DNA of 60,445 nucleotides, filler included, from Hausera hauseri (lineage: Eukaryota), in assembly GCA_046269625.1 (NCBI GenBank). It is 12 parts of 12 records of this genome, joined end to end, with 100 filler letters (N's around TTAATTAATTAA, not from the genome) between each part and the next. Parts side by side here need not be neighbours in the genome. Positions count along the whole stretch, not along the records: positions 21,322 to 26,088 come from JBJURY010443579.1; positions 26,189 to 30,542 come from JBJURY010620775.1; positions 30,643 to 35,294 come from JBJURY010488799.1; positions 35,395 to 39,511 come from JBJURY010750542.1; 8 more parts are not named here. One strand, given 5' to 3'. Made by a program: the position numbers and the translations under genes. The notes below the pieces were generated by a model, which did not search any database, had not been told where the DNA came from, and saw only the letters and a program-made list of their open reading frames with translations. This document shows, in pieces, positions 22,830 to 36,268 of this stretch. The first letter of the stretch is position 1. Every line of letters begins with the position of its first letter.

Positions 22830-25800
22830 CCGTACCCCGATTTTTATGAGATGCACAAGCATCATCTTGGACCGTTTACTCGGTCTAAGAAGATGATGAT
22901 TGTGCATTGCCCCACATACCCATGATAATGTAATAGTAGTAGAGTGCATGATGTTCATGGTTTCCATAGTGTAATGGAGCAGTACTATGGCGCCACAACG
23001 GTGCACGGTAAACGGGCCTACGTTTGTCCCGATTGTTCTGTACTTGATGAAGTCAACTATGACCAATTCTACAACATTCACAAGGACCACTTGAACCAGT
23101 TTCAGAGGTCTAAAAAGGAAATATTAATGTACGCAGCAAAAAGCAGCAACAGGAAACGTCAAGCATCAGCAGGCCTTGACGAATACTTTCAAAACAACAG
23201 AAGTCAGAAACAGCAGCAGCAGCAGGAACGTGAACCGCCCATTACTGTCAAGTACAACATGAACAGATCGTACGTGGACATGAAGGTAGACATGTCGGCG
23301 AAAATAGCAATGCAATTGAAGGATGTATCCGCTAATATGCCTAACCGGTTGGAATCAGAGGTGGCCAAATTCCAACAACACCTCTGCAAAGTGCAATATT
23401 ATGCAGATGCAGAATTTGAAAATCTGCAGGGTGGCAGGAAACAATGGTACCTGTCACATCGAGCCGTACCATATTCTGAGGATCTTATTGCCGATGTAGG
23501 CGAAAAGCTTGAAGAAAAAATCGCCACCTATACCGAAAAGGGCAGTGGCTGGCAAATTGTAAAGATGTCACTCTGGGCTTTATTCTGACCAAGACGACTG
23601 ACATGATTTATCTGTTCGGACGTTCATTCATACCGACACCTGCATCCTTGAAGCAGTCTCTGGCAGTAGTGAATGTACAAAATACTTAAGACGAATACTG
23701 CTTTATTTACAAAATTCTGGTTATATTGAAATATGATCAAGTGTCCAGACATCATGCAAATTGCCCAAAGCAGTACAGTAAGTATTTCTCAGAATTGGAC
23801 TAGGACGAGTGTTGTATGTCGACGAAACTCAAAACCATTCCGGTTTTTGAACGGCATAATCGTACACTGGCAATCAACGTGTTCCGGTTCAACACAATCG
23901 TACAATACCGGTGGGTGAGGAAATTTACAAGAATCCTTACGTGGACATAATTTACCGCAGTCAAAATTTAATTGGACGCCCAGTAAATTTGTTGCTGTTG
24001 GCGAATGAAGAAAAGTTTAATAACACGGCCGTGACCAATTTGGACAGATTGTTGAACATGCAGCATGACCAGTTCATCAAAAAGCGTATACAGTGCAAAT
24101 GGTGTCCCGTGTGTCTGCATGGATTCCGGTCAAATGAAACATGGGAAAAGCATGTGGCGCTGTGCAGGCAAACTTCGTCAGGAACCACAACGTATGTTAT
24201 ACCAGTCAAAAGGGAGTTGAGATTCAGTAACTGGTCAAAAATGGTCAGTCCTGAATATGTGGTGTATGCCGATATCGAAGCAATTCTACCGCGACACAAT
24301 GTATACGATCAAAAGCACGTTCCAATTGTTGTCGGTATGTTGCTAGTACCAATAAAAGCCGCCGGGCAATCTCATTATTACGTTTCCCATCGTTGAAACT
24401 GTGTACGTGATTTTCTGCAGCAGTTGGAAACCATAGTAGAAACGGAAATCGCGCCGTGGTATCGCAACAATTGAATAAGCCATTGATTTTGGCAGATGAA
24501 TATAAACCGTTGCTTTTCGTTGTCACCGATAAATGCTATCTGTGCCACAAAAATAATACCGTTTGATGCACAGGAACGGCTCATACCGGATCACGACCAA
24601 TTCATCGGCCGATACTTGAGAGCAGCATGCAATTCATGCAATTTAGCAAGATGAGTGCAACCATTCCTGCCGTTGATCTTTCATAATTTTTGAGGTTATG
24701 GCTGTCACTATATTCTGAAATTGGCCATTAATGGCTTTCCGCACTGGGAACACTCCATAATCTCAACGAAAATGGAGAAATACCTATTGCTGTCGGCACG
24801 CTAAACCAATTCCAGGTACGCTTCCTTGATTTATTGCAATTTATCAATGAATCATTGGCAAAACTAATAAATGCCTTGCCAGATGTGCCGATAGCACTGA
24901 CACAGTTCTCTGAACATATTGCACTCAGCAAAGGCATATTTCCATATGACTTTGCAACATTATATGAGCGACTCCAGACAGCATAGAAATTACCGTCGCG
25001 ATGGACATGTATTGCAGAAGATAAATATCGGAGAGCTCAAAAATCTTGGACAGAACTGGACTGTAGGAACATGTTGGATTACATTTTCCAGTATCTTAAA
25101 CTGAACGTGCACTTTTTAGCCGACGTGTTAGAAACATTTCGGACCAAAGCACTGGCGGAAGATAGGTTGGAGCCACTCAACGTTTATTCTATACCGGAAA
25201 TGAGTTGGGCGTCAGCTCTAATGTCACTGGATCGAGACATTTAGCTGCTGCAAGATCCGGAAATGTACAGAATGTTTGATGTTGGTATTCCTGGCGGCAT
25301 GACATTTGTCAACAAGCATCAGGTCAGTGCTACCTATATCACATCACTGCTGTATATTAATATTAATAACCTGTACGTCTGGGCGCTCTCGCAATCCTTG
25401 CCGTACGGTTTATTTGAATCGGTAGTCGACAGACAAGATCTGGACGACATAATGGTCAACCTACAACGAGCAGACATGGCAGGCTCAGTTGAATACCTGA
25501 TGGAGGTCGATCGCGAGATACCAGATGAGCTGACGACGTTTTAGACGATTTACCGGTCGCACCATTTAACCAATGTCCGCCAGACTCAAAAGTGAAGAAA
25601 CTGTTCATGACGTATAAACCGAAGCTGAATTACGTGGTCAATTGGCGTCTGCTACGGTTCTACATGCAGTTGGGTGTACGCGTCACACAGCTTCATCGTG
25701 CAATCTGATTTGCTCAGGCTCCAATATTCAAGGCGTACATAGATGGAAATTCTGATAAACGAGACGCAGCTTATGCAAAGTTCGAAAAGGGCTACTATAA

Positions 25801-26088
25801 TCTGAAAAACAATTTCCTGTACGGAAAAGCAGTGGAGAATCTGAAAAATCGGCTCAATGTGCGCCTATGTAACTCGGAAAAGAGGCTGATTACGTATACC
25901 AGAAAGGCACAGTTTCGGTGATTAATTCATATTGCCGATGGATTGGTTGCTGTGCTGTTGAACAGGGAAGAAGTCTTTTTGGACCGGCCAAGTTACATCG
26001 GACAAGTGGTATTGGACCTGAGCAAGTTGCGGATGTATGAGCTGCAGTATCGCGACTTGGCACGTTACCGGCAAATGTTCGACGGCTC
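22830..26088 (+). pseudogene. Polinton pPolB, degenerate, 3'-truncated by spacer; close relative of 56691..60445
   Basis: EKGSGW, WCPVCLHGF, VVYADIE, DHD..G..AACNSCN, GGMTFV..NNLY, LDLSKLRMYE. Confidence 0.93.
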
Positions 26089-26188
26089 NNNNNNNNNNNN
26101 NNNNNNNNNNNNNNNNNNNNNNNNNNNNNNNNTTAATTAATTAANNNNNNNNNNNNNNNNNNNNNNNNNNNNNNNNNNNNNNNNNNNN

Positions 26189-26277
26189 GGACTGCAATAG
26201 CTATGTCTACACGGCAGTGTAGTTTTGTCTTGCGTTATTTCCTCGAGGCAGATAGGACATTTTTCCGGTTCCATCAT
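26189..26277 (-). CDS. RING finger protein N-terminal part (cut by spacer)
   Basis: Manual translation MMEPEKCPICLEEITQDKTTLPCRHSYCS; absent from the ORF track. Confidence 0.8.
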
Positions 26278-26489
26278 ACTTTCACTTCTATTTGCGGTTC
26301 CATTTCCTTAAATGGTAACAATTTATTCCAAATATTTTCATATTTATTAATAATAATAATCATAATTCCCAATAAAACGTCTTCTTGTCGTATCATAATT
26401 GTTCACAATTTCTCGATTTTACCCATCAGCGCACATAGAAATGTAATACTAAATTTCACAAGGTACAATAATCAATTTAATTACACATT

Positions 26490-26735
26490 TTACAAATTCA
26501 ACCATCTATCAATCTCTTCTAAGTCATTCCCTGACAAGGAGCAAATAGGGCATACCAGAAAACAATTTGAGTCCATGATCATAATGCTTATGTTGACTTC
26601 CTCCCCGCAGTATGCGCACTCGAACTGATCTTCCCGATGCTTCATCTTTTCGACGAGATAACATAGCGGACATGAGTTTCTTCTTCCATTGTTAACTTCC
26701 GGAGATTCTTTGCATATAACGCATCCTAAAATCAA
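26490..26735 (-). CDS. Small Cys-rich protein with four CxxC pairs (putative double zinc ribbon)
   Basis: CVIC, CPLC, CAYC, CPIC; start codon uncertain. Confidence 0.55.
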   Translation of the reverse strand: MILGCVICKESPEVNNGRRNSCPLCYLVEKMKHREDQFECAYCGEEVNISIMIMDSNCFLVCPICSLSGNDLEEIDRWLNL

Positions 26736-26891
26736 TATTAATTCATTTAATTCTTCTATTTATTCTTTTCATGCTCCTATTGCTATTATAATCGGTTTAT
26801 TGTTTTTCATTGTTTATTATTAACTCTATCAGACTACCTATATTTCATTATCACATCTATATTTAAGGCCAACATTCAAAGTTTTATTTCG

Positions 26892-27194
26892 TTAAAGAGG
26901 CATATACACGATTCTGTTAGGTCCATACACATACAGATCGTGCTGATCTTCTGGCATTACTTCCTCGTCTTCTTCTTCTGTTCCACTTTCTTCTTCATCC
27001 GGGATTACCACTACGGTGGTTCCCCAGCACTGATAACATGTGGTTCTCCTTCTGCAAAAAGGACATGTTTGGTTTTTCATGAGCCATTTATCGGCGCAAC
27101 GAGTGCACATTATGTGAGTGCATCTCAGCAAAGCATATTTTCTCCCGAGGGGTCCATAGCATATGTTGCAAGGTGTTGTTCCTGAAATTGCCAA
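26892..27194 (-). CDS. C3HC4 RING finger protein with acidic tail (putative E3 ligase)
   Basis: CNIC..LRCTHIMCTRCADKW..TCPFCR; no in-frame ATG, preceded by a tttag acceptor-like sequence. Confidence 0.85.
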   Translation of the reverse strand: MAISGTTPCNICYGPLGRKYALLRCTHIMCTRCADKWLMKNQTCPFCRRRTTCYQCWGTTVVVIPDEEESGTEEEDEEVMPEDQHDLYVYGPNRIVYMPL

Positions 27195-27278
27195 AACTAA
27201 AATTCACTATGATGCTAAATATATTTTACAATAGATACTTTATTCCTTAAGTCCAAATCCTTATTACCATTATGTGCT

Positions 27279-27295
27279 CCTCACTCGGGGCACCA
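27279..27295 (-). promoter_or_regulatory. Primer-binding site (elongator tRNA-Met-like) next to a putative LTR end (..TAACA at 27303)
   Basis: TGGTGCCCCGAGTGAGG, complementary to a CCTCACTCGGGGCACCA tRNA 3' end. Confidence 0.7.
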
Positions 27296-30200
27296 GTTTA
27301 TATGTTAGGAGTAGGGGTTATACACCATGCAAGCATATAACCTTTATAACACTCCAACATATAAATGATTTGATATTTCATCTATCTCTTTCGTGAGTTC
27401 TTTAATTCTTATCTGTTTAACCATTCTTGATTAGCTAAAACCTTTCCTATTGTTTTAATGATGTTAATAGAATGTTTACGTTTTAATCAACAGATATTAT
27501 CTATGTCTATGTTTTATCCAACGTTTGATTGTTTCGTTAAATTCACCAAACTCCATAGGAAATTGTATAAATGTATATATTATCCATTAGGAGGATAATA
27601 ATAATATGTCTCGACTCTACGGTTTTAATGGACTTATCTATTTGGTTGACTTCTAGTTGTTCTATTAATCTCATTTGGATACTTCATTTGGATGGCTATA
27701 CTCCTCATTATCAGAACAATCAGGATACTATATTAAATAGTTGGCCCACCAGGATGTTTAACCATTTTTGGTATACTAACTAGAATTGTATTAAATGTTT
27801 TTACCATCATATCAGTCCTCATCATGAATGGTACAATTCCATGAAAATGTACTCAAGGTTCATCGGACAAGGTGAAGATGCTCTATCATTATAACAAACT
27901 CTTGAGTTCGATTTATTTGATGGGATATTACTCCAGTAATCTCGCTTGTCTGATCCTATCCTGCTAAAATCGGTTGTTCGAACAATTAATCACATCCTAA
28001 ATCGCAATAGTAATTTGGAACACAATCTATCCATCACAGGGTTCCTCACAATTAGCATTTATCTCGTTGATTACTTAGTTTATAGATATGTTTAGATCAA
28101 CACTACCCTCAGAAAGTCTGTCACAAATTCGATATTATCCTATGATGTTAATTAAAGATATCTTTAACCACACATTCCATTGTTTAATTTAACTCAATCT
28201 GACCGTCAGTCATTTACATTTCTTCTCTCATAAGTCCTAATCCTTATTAAATTCTATGACTGTAGTTCTATTTCGTCCAACCGTTGTTATTATTTAGTAT
28301 TCTTTTTACTATTCCAATAATCTAGGGGAAACCCACATACTCAACAAGATATTACCTACAAGGTTCATAAGTTATTCGGCATTTGGTGAATTCATTCGAA
28401 TCTATCAAATTCATTATAGAATGGCTCAGAGTAATATATCTATTATTCCTTAACAGTGTATTAATAACATGTTGTAATCATAGCAGACCTAGTGAGTTTA
28501 AATATTTATATAATCTACAATTGTCTAATAATTTCATTCGGGTAGTTATGACCTTCCTTCAGTAGTTCCAATACTCGGGGTACTACATTAAATGACTGTC
28601 TTGTTAGAAATAATTTGGGCAATGTCTGGAATTAATACTGATCATCTTCAGTCGTTCTACAATATTGATCACTTTCCGTCGTCCTACAAATGATCCGATC
28701 TTATGAAATTATGTCCAATGTTCCTTAAATGAGGCGAAGGTACCTTATCATCATAATAGACCCTGGGAGTTCTATTTTCGTATAATAATATTCTAATAAT
28801 TCTGTTTGTATGGTTTTATTCTACTAAAGTCAATTGTTAGAATAATCAAGATGTCATACCAGATCACCAGATTACTGTAATAATCATAATCACATCCTAA
28901 AAGGTAATTGGGAATTAGTACTAATCATTTTACTCCCTGTATCATTAAGATCTTGTACTATTTATTCATTACATCCGAGTTAACGTTCTAGACACCCTCT
29001 CAATTCAAAATGCAATCCATTCATTACTAAATCCCTTATAATCGGCACCTGCTTCATTGGTTACCTAGTATCAAATACGTACTGATTACTCTTAGGTTGG
29101 GCTATACTTCTGGCGGGCTTATCACAAATGGGATACGATTCTATGATGTTAATCGAGAGTGTCTTTAATTGTTCCATCTACTGTATGTTTCAACCATCAA
29201 CCATCTATATTTCTTCCCTTTTGTATCGTTTCATATCTTAACGGAGCTTATAGTAATCTTACAGGTTGGGTCACACCTTCTCATGATTCATTAATTTTCA
29301 TATATTTTAATCCACCTTTCATTACCCAAATATTATTTCTCTTCTTTTGTGTTTATCCGAATCCTCAATATAAATAGGATAAAATCAGGTTATCAAAGTC
29401 AAGTATACAATATGACCCGACGATGAAAAAATATAATTATTTGTGGCTTTTAAGGAAATGATACAAGACGACCGTTCGCAGTGACTTAGAAAATGATATA
29501 AAATAATTATTCGCCATAATTTAAAAATAAAACAATTGTTCTCGATTGTTTACGAAATAAAATAATTATTTATAATAATTTAAGAAACAAAATTAGAATT
29601 TCTTTACTGAAAATTCTCGAGACAATTTGTCTTCCGCTCGAAGCGACATCGGATTCTCTATCCATACAACAGACTGGGACCCGATATCAGTTGGAGTGAC
29701 GTCGTTAATTCAATACACGCTATATCCTTCAAGTTTCCCATCTGTCAACTAATTGTCACTCCCGTGTAGCACTTCTCCCAAATGCATGAGCTCGTCACAG
29801 GACACACTGGTTCGAACGGTTAATCAGTATCTGATTCTGTATCCATCCGGATATCTTCATCGTCATTCCTGTGTCGTTACGTAGTGATACGACGTACTGC
29901 CATACCAATTATTCAGGTCACAACTGACTAGATTAATTCTGTTAGCCGAGTCGTTTGTCAGGCAATATTCACATAAATGTTTTATACATCATCCGGGATA
30001 TGTTCGTAATTAACCCGCCTTCCTTTAACTCACTAAGATAGGACGTTATCATACATAATCAACAATTCCCTCATCAGATTTATATACCAAAATATTTATT
30101 TAAAATAAAATTATACAAGGAAACAAAAAACAGTTGACAAGTACTAGACAATCAAATAATTACCATTGTTGTATTGAGAAGTCGTAGATTCTGCTACATC

Positions 30201-30875
30201 TCTTTCGGCCATCTTTTTATTTCGTGAGATTATGATACAAATTAACAAAATATATATTTCAGTCGGGAACTTCGGTACAGAATATCAACTGGAATTACTA
30301 CTTTCTCGGAACGTTCTTTTGGTATTATAAACTTAGAGTACTATCTGAACTTATAATAATTCTTAACCTTACAATAGATAAGACAACCTTCCAAAGGTTT
30401 CGACTATACTGTCCTTTCAAATTCTTAATTCAACAAAATTTTTCGTAGAAATTTGTGTGTGTTGATAACGTTAACCTTAATCCTTTTATAGCAATTTTCA
30501 TTTATTACTATTCGATTTAGGAAATTGAATTTCCTGTTTTAANNNNNNNNNNNNNNNNNNNNNNNNNNNNNNNNNNNNNNNNNNNNTTAATTAATTAANN
30601 NNNNNNNNNNNNNNNNNNNNNNNNNNNNNNNNNNNNNNNNNNGGTTTCAAACTATTTTCTAATTTATCTATGCAATCTTCTAACATATCGCTGTAGCTCT
30701 TAAGCATATGTTTGTTCTGTTGTGTTGATTCAAGACTGACAATAATGGAAGGTATATCAGTGATTTCATTTTCCAAAACTTCAGTGGTAATTAATTCTGA
30801 TTTTTTGTCCTGATCCATGAGCTCGTCATCGATTAATTCACCACGTTTCTTTTTTCCTGCTTCCCATGGTATGTT

Positions 30876-33480
30876 TTAGTCTTTTCGTATTTCATCGGTT
30901 CTTGTCCAGAACGTTCTGATGAAATTAGTCCTTACTTTTTTCTTTTCGTCACGTATTACACCAACGCACGTCCATCCAAGTGGGGTTAATCTGGCTACAG
31001 GCTCGTTTATTTTTCCTGCTATTTCCTTTATAGACCTATGCAAGTGCATGTAGTTCGCACCAATTATCCCATCAAGCGATTTCGGCGATTTTTGAGCGGC
31101 GAACTTTATTTCTCTCAAATGTGGCCATTTGCTTTTCTCGACCTTCCAATTCACAGCCATTATTTTCTCAGTTGGATCATGGAGGACCAACGCTTCAAAT
31201 GGGATATTAACCTTCCCGTTTTTACTTCGTAACATCAGTTTTACCCTTTCCATTTTCGATTTAGTTGTCTTCCCACCTACTACCATAACAGACACATTCT
31301 CCTGAGTACTAACTAATCTTAATTGTTGTGCTACAGAACGCTTTATGAAGAATTCTCTACTCGCGTCATCTAACAACATACACACCTTTACTCTTCGTTC
31401 TCCACTTTCTAACCATACATCCACAGTACGCAGTGCTATTTTATTTCCTTTCGGAGCCTTTTCTGATCGCCAGGTCACGTAAGAGCTAACTTGCGCCTCT
31501 AATACATCACCTTCGCATTTATCCTTTTCTTTCCTTAATTCTCCATTACCTTGCTTGGTGTAAAATATTCTTTCTTGTTTTTTGGATGTATTTTTCTTAG
31601 ACAGTAAATCATAAACATAACGACATTTTCCTCCGTATTTGCAATTCCCTTTCACATAGTACTTACAAACTTGCACTTTACTATTTCCCGCATTAACATG
31701 TAGATACTTACATTTATTTCCAAATTTGCAATTTCCGTTTTTCTCAAATTCCCAACGTATTTGATTTTCGTTTTTCTTCATCGATTTAATACTACTCCTT
31801 TTTTACGTTTCGTTAATTGATATCTCATTTCTGTCGACATCTTTGTTCACATAGAAACTTCCTTGCGGTTTTCTTTGATACTCATGCCTTTTAGAAGATA
31901 CATGATCTTTATTATGAACAGGGAACCGTTTTTCAATTGTCAATTCATTCTTATCGTATGTCTGATCAGGCTTGTAGTCCCTTCTTGGGTTAAAAGTATT
32001 TATACCTCTGACTCTTTCAATTTTATTCCTTCGAACACTCGCGTCCAATTCAACCCATACCTTTAGTTCTTGAACTGTTCGACTCAACTTCTTTTCAGCA
32101 ACGTGTCGGGTAATTTTTCCATTAGGCTTTGGTACAACAGTCCTCCATCTAATTTTTTTTTCCTCCCCAGATTTTGTAGTCTCACTGTTATGCCATCTAA
32201 CAAAGCAACAAATCGGCCTAGGCCCGTGATGTCTTCTTCCTTGATTGGTTTAAAACGCATCACTTCAGTCATAAAGGCAGCATAACACCGTTGTTCTCCC
32301 CCATAATAAGAATCAAGCTTTCCCATTGCGGCCTTATAGCCTTCTTCAGATAGGTCGAAGTTCTCAATTAATCTCTTCGGTTCTCAATACAAGCATTGAT
32401 TTAACTGCAATTGTTTGTAGATGTCAGACATTGACGTCTTGTGAACGCAGGTGTCAAATGTTCTCTTCCATTTATCATACTCTGTGACTATACCGCCAAA
32501 CGTTGGAAGTTCTAACTTCTGCAATTTCGGCAGTATGACCTTTTCCTTCATACCACTATCTGCGCCTCTTGTTGTATTAATTTCCGATTTGCTTTCCCTT
32601 AGGCTTCTTTCATAGATAACTGCGTTGATCTTTTTATTCTTCTCATCTAATTTTTCTATTTCATTCTGTAGTAATGTTACATTTTCTTTTCTTTTTAATT
32701 TCCTGGCTGCGGTTGTCAATACACACAGTTCTTCTTGGACACTCGAAAAGATCTTCTTATAACTTTGATGGAATACGTTGTAATCATGTTCGTTCAAATT
32801 TACGTCCATCAATCTTCTTCGAATCAACGCCAATTCATTTATGGATCTTCGTCGCTCGGCAATACATTCCTCAAGTTCGTCCAATGTTATTTCGCTTCCT
32901 CCCCTTAACTGGAACGTTAAGTGAATTGTTGCGCCGTGTTGTAGGCTTTTCACTGTTTCATCGGTCTGTAGCGGTTTTCCAGCATGTAATAGACTGAACT
33001 CCTCATTTATCCTCAAGTTTTTCTTTATAATCCCAATTAGATCGCAATATGACTGAGATTCAGCTAAATCTCCGATGAAACTACGTCCACCACAACGTAC
33101 AATTGCTTGTCTTCTTATTTCTCCAACTCTAGTCATGTTATCGCCTTTTTCACCTTTTAAACTTGCATTGGCAGATTTCCCAACATCTTCCTTTGTCCAG
33201 CTAATTCTTCTTCTTCAATGTCGCCTCTAGGTTCGATATATTTTTTGACCCACTTGACCATCAACTGGTTCACTATTATGTCCTTTTCCCCCTTCCGGAC
33301 CATTCTTTTCAATTTCACCTTTATCTCCTTTAATTCTTTTTTCTCCTGGTCGTCCTGGATAACAGAAAGTCTCAATAGAAAACCGTTGTCTATTCTCTAT
33401 TTGTTTAGAGGCATAGACACTCGATATATCTTCCAAGTTTTCATTGCCTTAGGCGCAAGATTTCACGAATCTTCAATTTA
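30876..33480 (-). pseudogene. gag: BEL/Pao gag-protease with ubiquitin-like domain (32897..33109) and two CCCH zinc fingers (~31610..31760)
   Basis: LPKLQKLELPTFGG..W..F..VH..K...L.QCL (DUF1759-type), MEKLP, MLLDDAS (decayed DSG), WPHL..I..IIGANY..PVARLTPLGWTCVG (Pao protease). Confidence 0.88.
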
Positions 33481-33691
33481 GCGTCACCTCTGCAAAATAG
33501 TCACGGCGTTTCCTTTTTTTTATTTCCCAATAACTCCTCACACTGCATATTTTGCAAAAGATTCTCGCCGTTACTTCAACATTAAAACGGAGTGAATAAG
33601 ATCCAAAAACAAAAAGGCGGACATACAGAATACCTCGGAAGACCAAAACATCACGTGGTTTGTACCCGCGGAACACGTTGCGGAGCACAAA

Positions 33692-33707
33692 TCAAGCTCT
33701 GCTACCA
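33692..33707 (-). promoter_or_regulatory. PBS (initiator tRNA-Met-like) of the BEL/Pao element; LTR 3' end (CA) near 33713
   Basis: TGGTAGCAGAG matches the complement of the tRNAi-Met 3' end. Confidence 0.7.
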
Positions 33708-35094
33708 TAAAATGGAGATTTCATAGTTAGATGGTGTAACAAAATCATTATACTATTATACGTCTTCCCCACCGAACAAAAAACCATATCAATTAATTCA
33801 TTAACCGTATAACGTTTTGACACCACTCTTACCAATCTCCCATCGGGCCCATATTTTTTGCATACAATTTTATAACTCCCCCTCCACCAATCATACGTGT
33901 TTGAACCATCGAATCTTCTGATCCTTCAGCTATCTCATGTTGATTCTTTCCTATCATTATTGAAATAATACAGTAATCAATAATTTCGTTCCTTCCATAT
34001 CTCATACCAACTTTCCCGATCAAACACACCCTTCACCACGCACTCACTCTTGGAGACAGAAAAGAGGAAATAACTACAGAAAATATTATTAAATTCATAT
34101 CTAACCGTAATAATTGTAGATTTTCTGATATTACAATTCTCACAGAAGCCTCGATGGTAGCACAGATGATTTAAGATAGAAGCATCGACCAGGTCTCCCG
34201 AGTTTTTTGTATCATATAAATGGCTTCGATGAGTGAATGAAATTTGTCGTAGAGAGCTATAGGAAATATTGTTGATAAGTCCTTGTGCGAGAGACTTCGC
34301 TCCTTATTTTATAATCTCTTAGTCATTTTCTCTCTTCTTATCTCCTAGAGTTAACATTTCACAACGACAAGTATATAGATTAGTGAGAATTTTGAATATT
34401 CTATGATAAGATTCCAACGATTTCAATAATCCTTTTGGAAGATATTTGGTATCATAACACTTTACCGTGTTTTAAATTATTAATGTCAAACTTCCATAAT
34501 TCTGACGATTTTCACCACCAACACTATCTCTCAGTTTTAGACAGTTGGATTTCGCATAATATAATTTCCATAATTCTCTTTCATGTGAAATAAGCTTTAG
34601 AGGCATCGGTCTTGGCATGAATTTTATGCAATAATTCCCATTCATTTGTTTTGTAGAGTTAGAGCCTTCAATATACAACTAACATAATTTTCTTCAACTT
34701 ATTTTATTTCATTATTAAATTTTCAAACTTCAAATTTTCAAAATTACCATCAATATTAATATTTTCCATTTTAATCTGTACATATGTACATTCACATATT
34801 TGTATTAATGCACATATACACAACCCCCTCTTTCTGTCTCCTTGAATCTCTACACACAAACACGCACTCATACACACTATAATAACATTATAAACGCAAT
34901 TCTCATTTACAATATGTATATATAAATTCAACATACCACACCTATTCACACACCCCTATGTACAAATATATCTATTTACACATATTATATGTACACACAT
35001 ATATACATTTATATTTATATTATATACAGTTTTATCCACTCGATATCCCCTTTAAACGTCTTGATACTGACTGAATTACCCAACTAAACAATTG

Positions 35095-35294
35095 GGTTCC
35101 AACATACAAAATGACGGAACAGAACGCGTTGTGGCGTATGGTTCTAGAACGCTGAATGACCATAATAAGGGATATTGTGTAACTAGGAAGGAGTTGCTTG
35201 CTTTAAGAGAGTTTATTGTACACTTCAAATATTATTTGTATGGGAAACAGTTCGTGGCCCGCACAGATCATAAGGCATTGGTGTTCATGACTCA
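35095..35294 (+). pseudogene. pol: Ty3/gypsy RNase H fragment
   Basis: ERVVAYGSRTL..YCVTRKELLA..FKYYLYGKQFVARTDHKAL. Confidence 0.9.
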
Positions 35295-36268
35295 NNNNNN
35301 NNNNNNNNNNNNNNNNNNNNNNNNNNNNNNNNNNNNNNTTAATTAATTAANNNNNNNNNNNNNNNNNNNNNNNNNNNNNNNNNNNNNNNNNNNNGAGTAA
35401 AAGATCATGATTATTTAACAGGTAAATATAAAGGAGCAGCACATAATAAATGTAATAATTAAAAATACAAAAACCAATGACTATTCTAAAAATTCGATGA
35501 AATCAATTTTAATACCAAGTGACGAAAGCAAACGCATATATGAAAACAAAAAACAGAACCAAACCTATCATGATTTTGAATTAAATGATTTAACGTGTGT
35601 CACATCGCGAAATTCTTATGATATTATTGATGCAGATTTAAATTTACTCTATCAAAAATGTAGTAGTAATTACAAAATAACAGTGAATAGTAATTCCTCC
35701 CGTAATTTATATGTTTATGAATCATATAATAGTCTGCTTCAAATATTCAATAAAAACTTGGAAAATATTTTTCATAAGTGTGTAAATCAGAACGATGTAG
35801 ATAATGATTACGAGGTACCGCCCAATACAGCAACGAGAAGTACTACCTCTATTGATCGCTTCGATAATGTCGTAAAACAGAGTAATTTTCCCATTGAATT
35901 TGATCACCATTAAACTGGAAAACGCAATGACACAAATGGTTATTTATTTGTAATCGTACCATCCGATATTTGTGTTACTTCAAGACTTTTAAAGAGATTT
36001 TACATTAGACAATAATGTAACAATTTCTGATAGTGAATTATTAGACAAATAGGAATTTTATGAAACGCACTCGGAACAATTTATCATATTCAATCCAATA
36101 TTATGTATGCCGATTATAAAACAATAAACAAATGACTAATACTCCATATCAAAGTGAAGAAGAGCTAATCGATAAAACTGTGCATAAAAACATCGTCAAA
36201 ATTCTTCAGAGCAATTAATGGTTGATATGAACACCACTTTGAATCGCAATTAGGCAGTCATTTGTAAT

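Noticed and set aside
34700-35030. 81-aa ORF in a (TA/CA)-rich tract
   Set aside because: Low-complexity microsatellite-like DNA; ORF probably spurious
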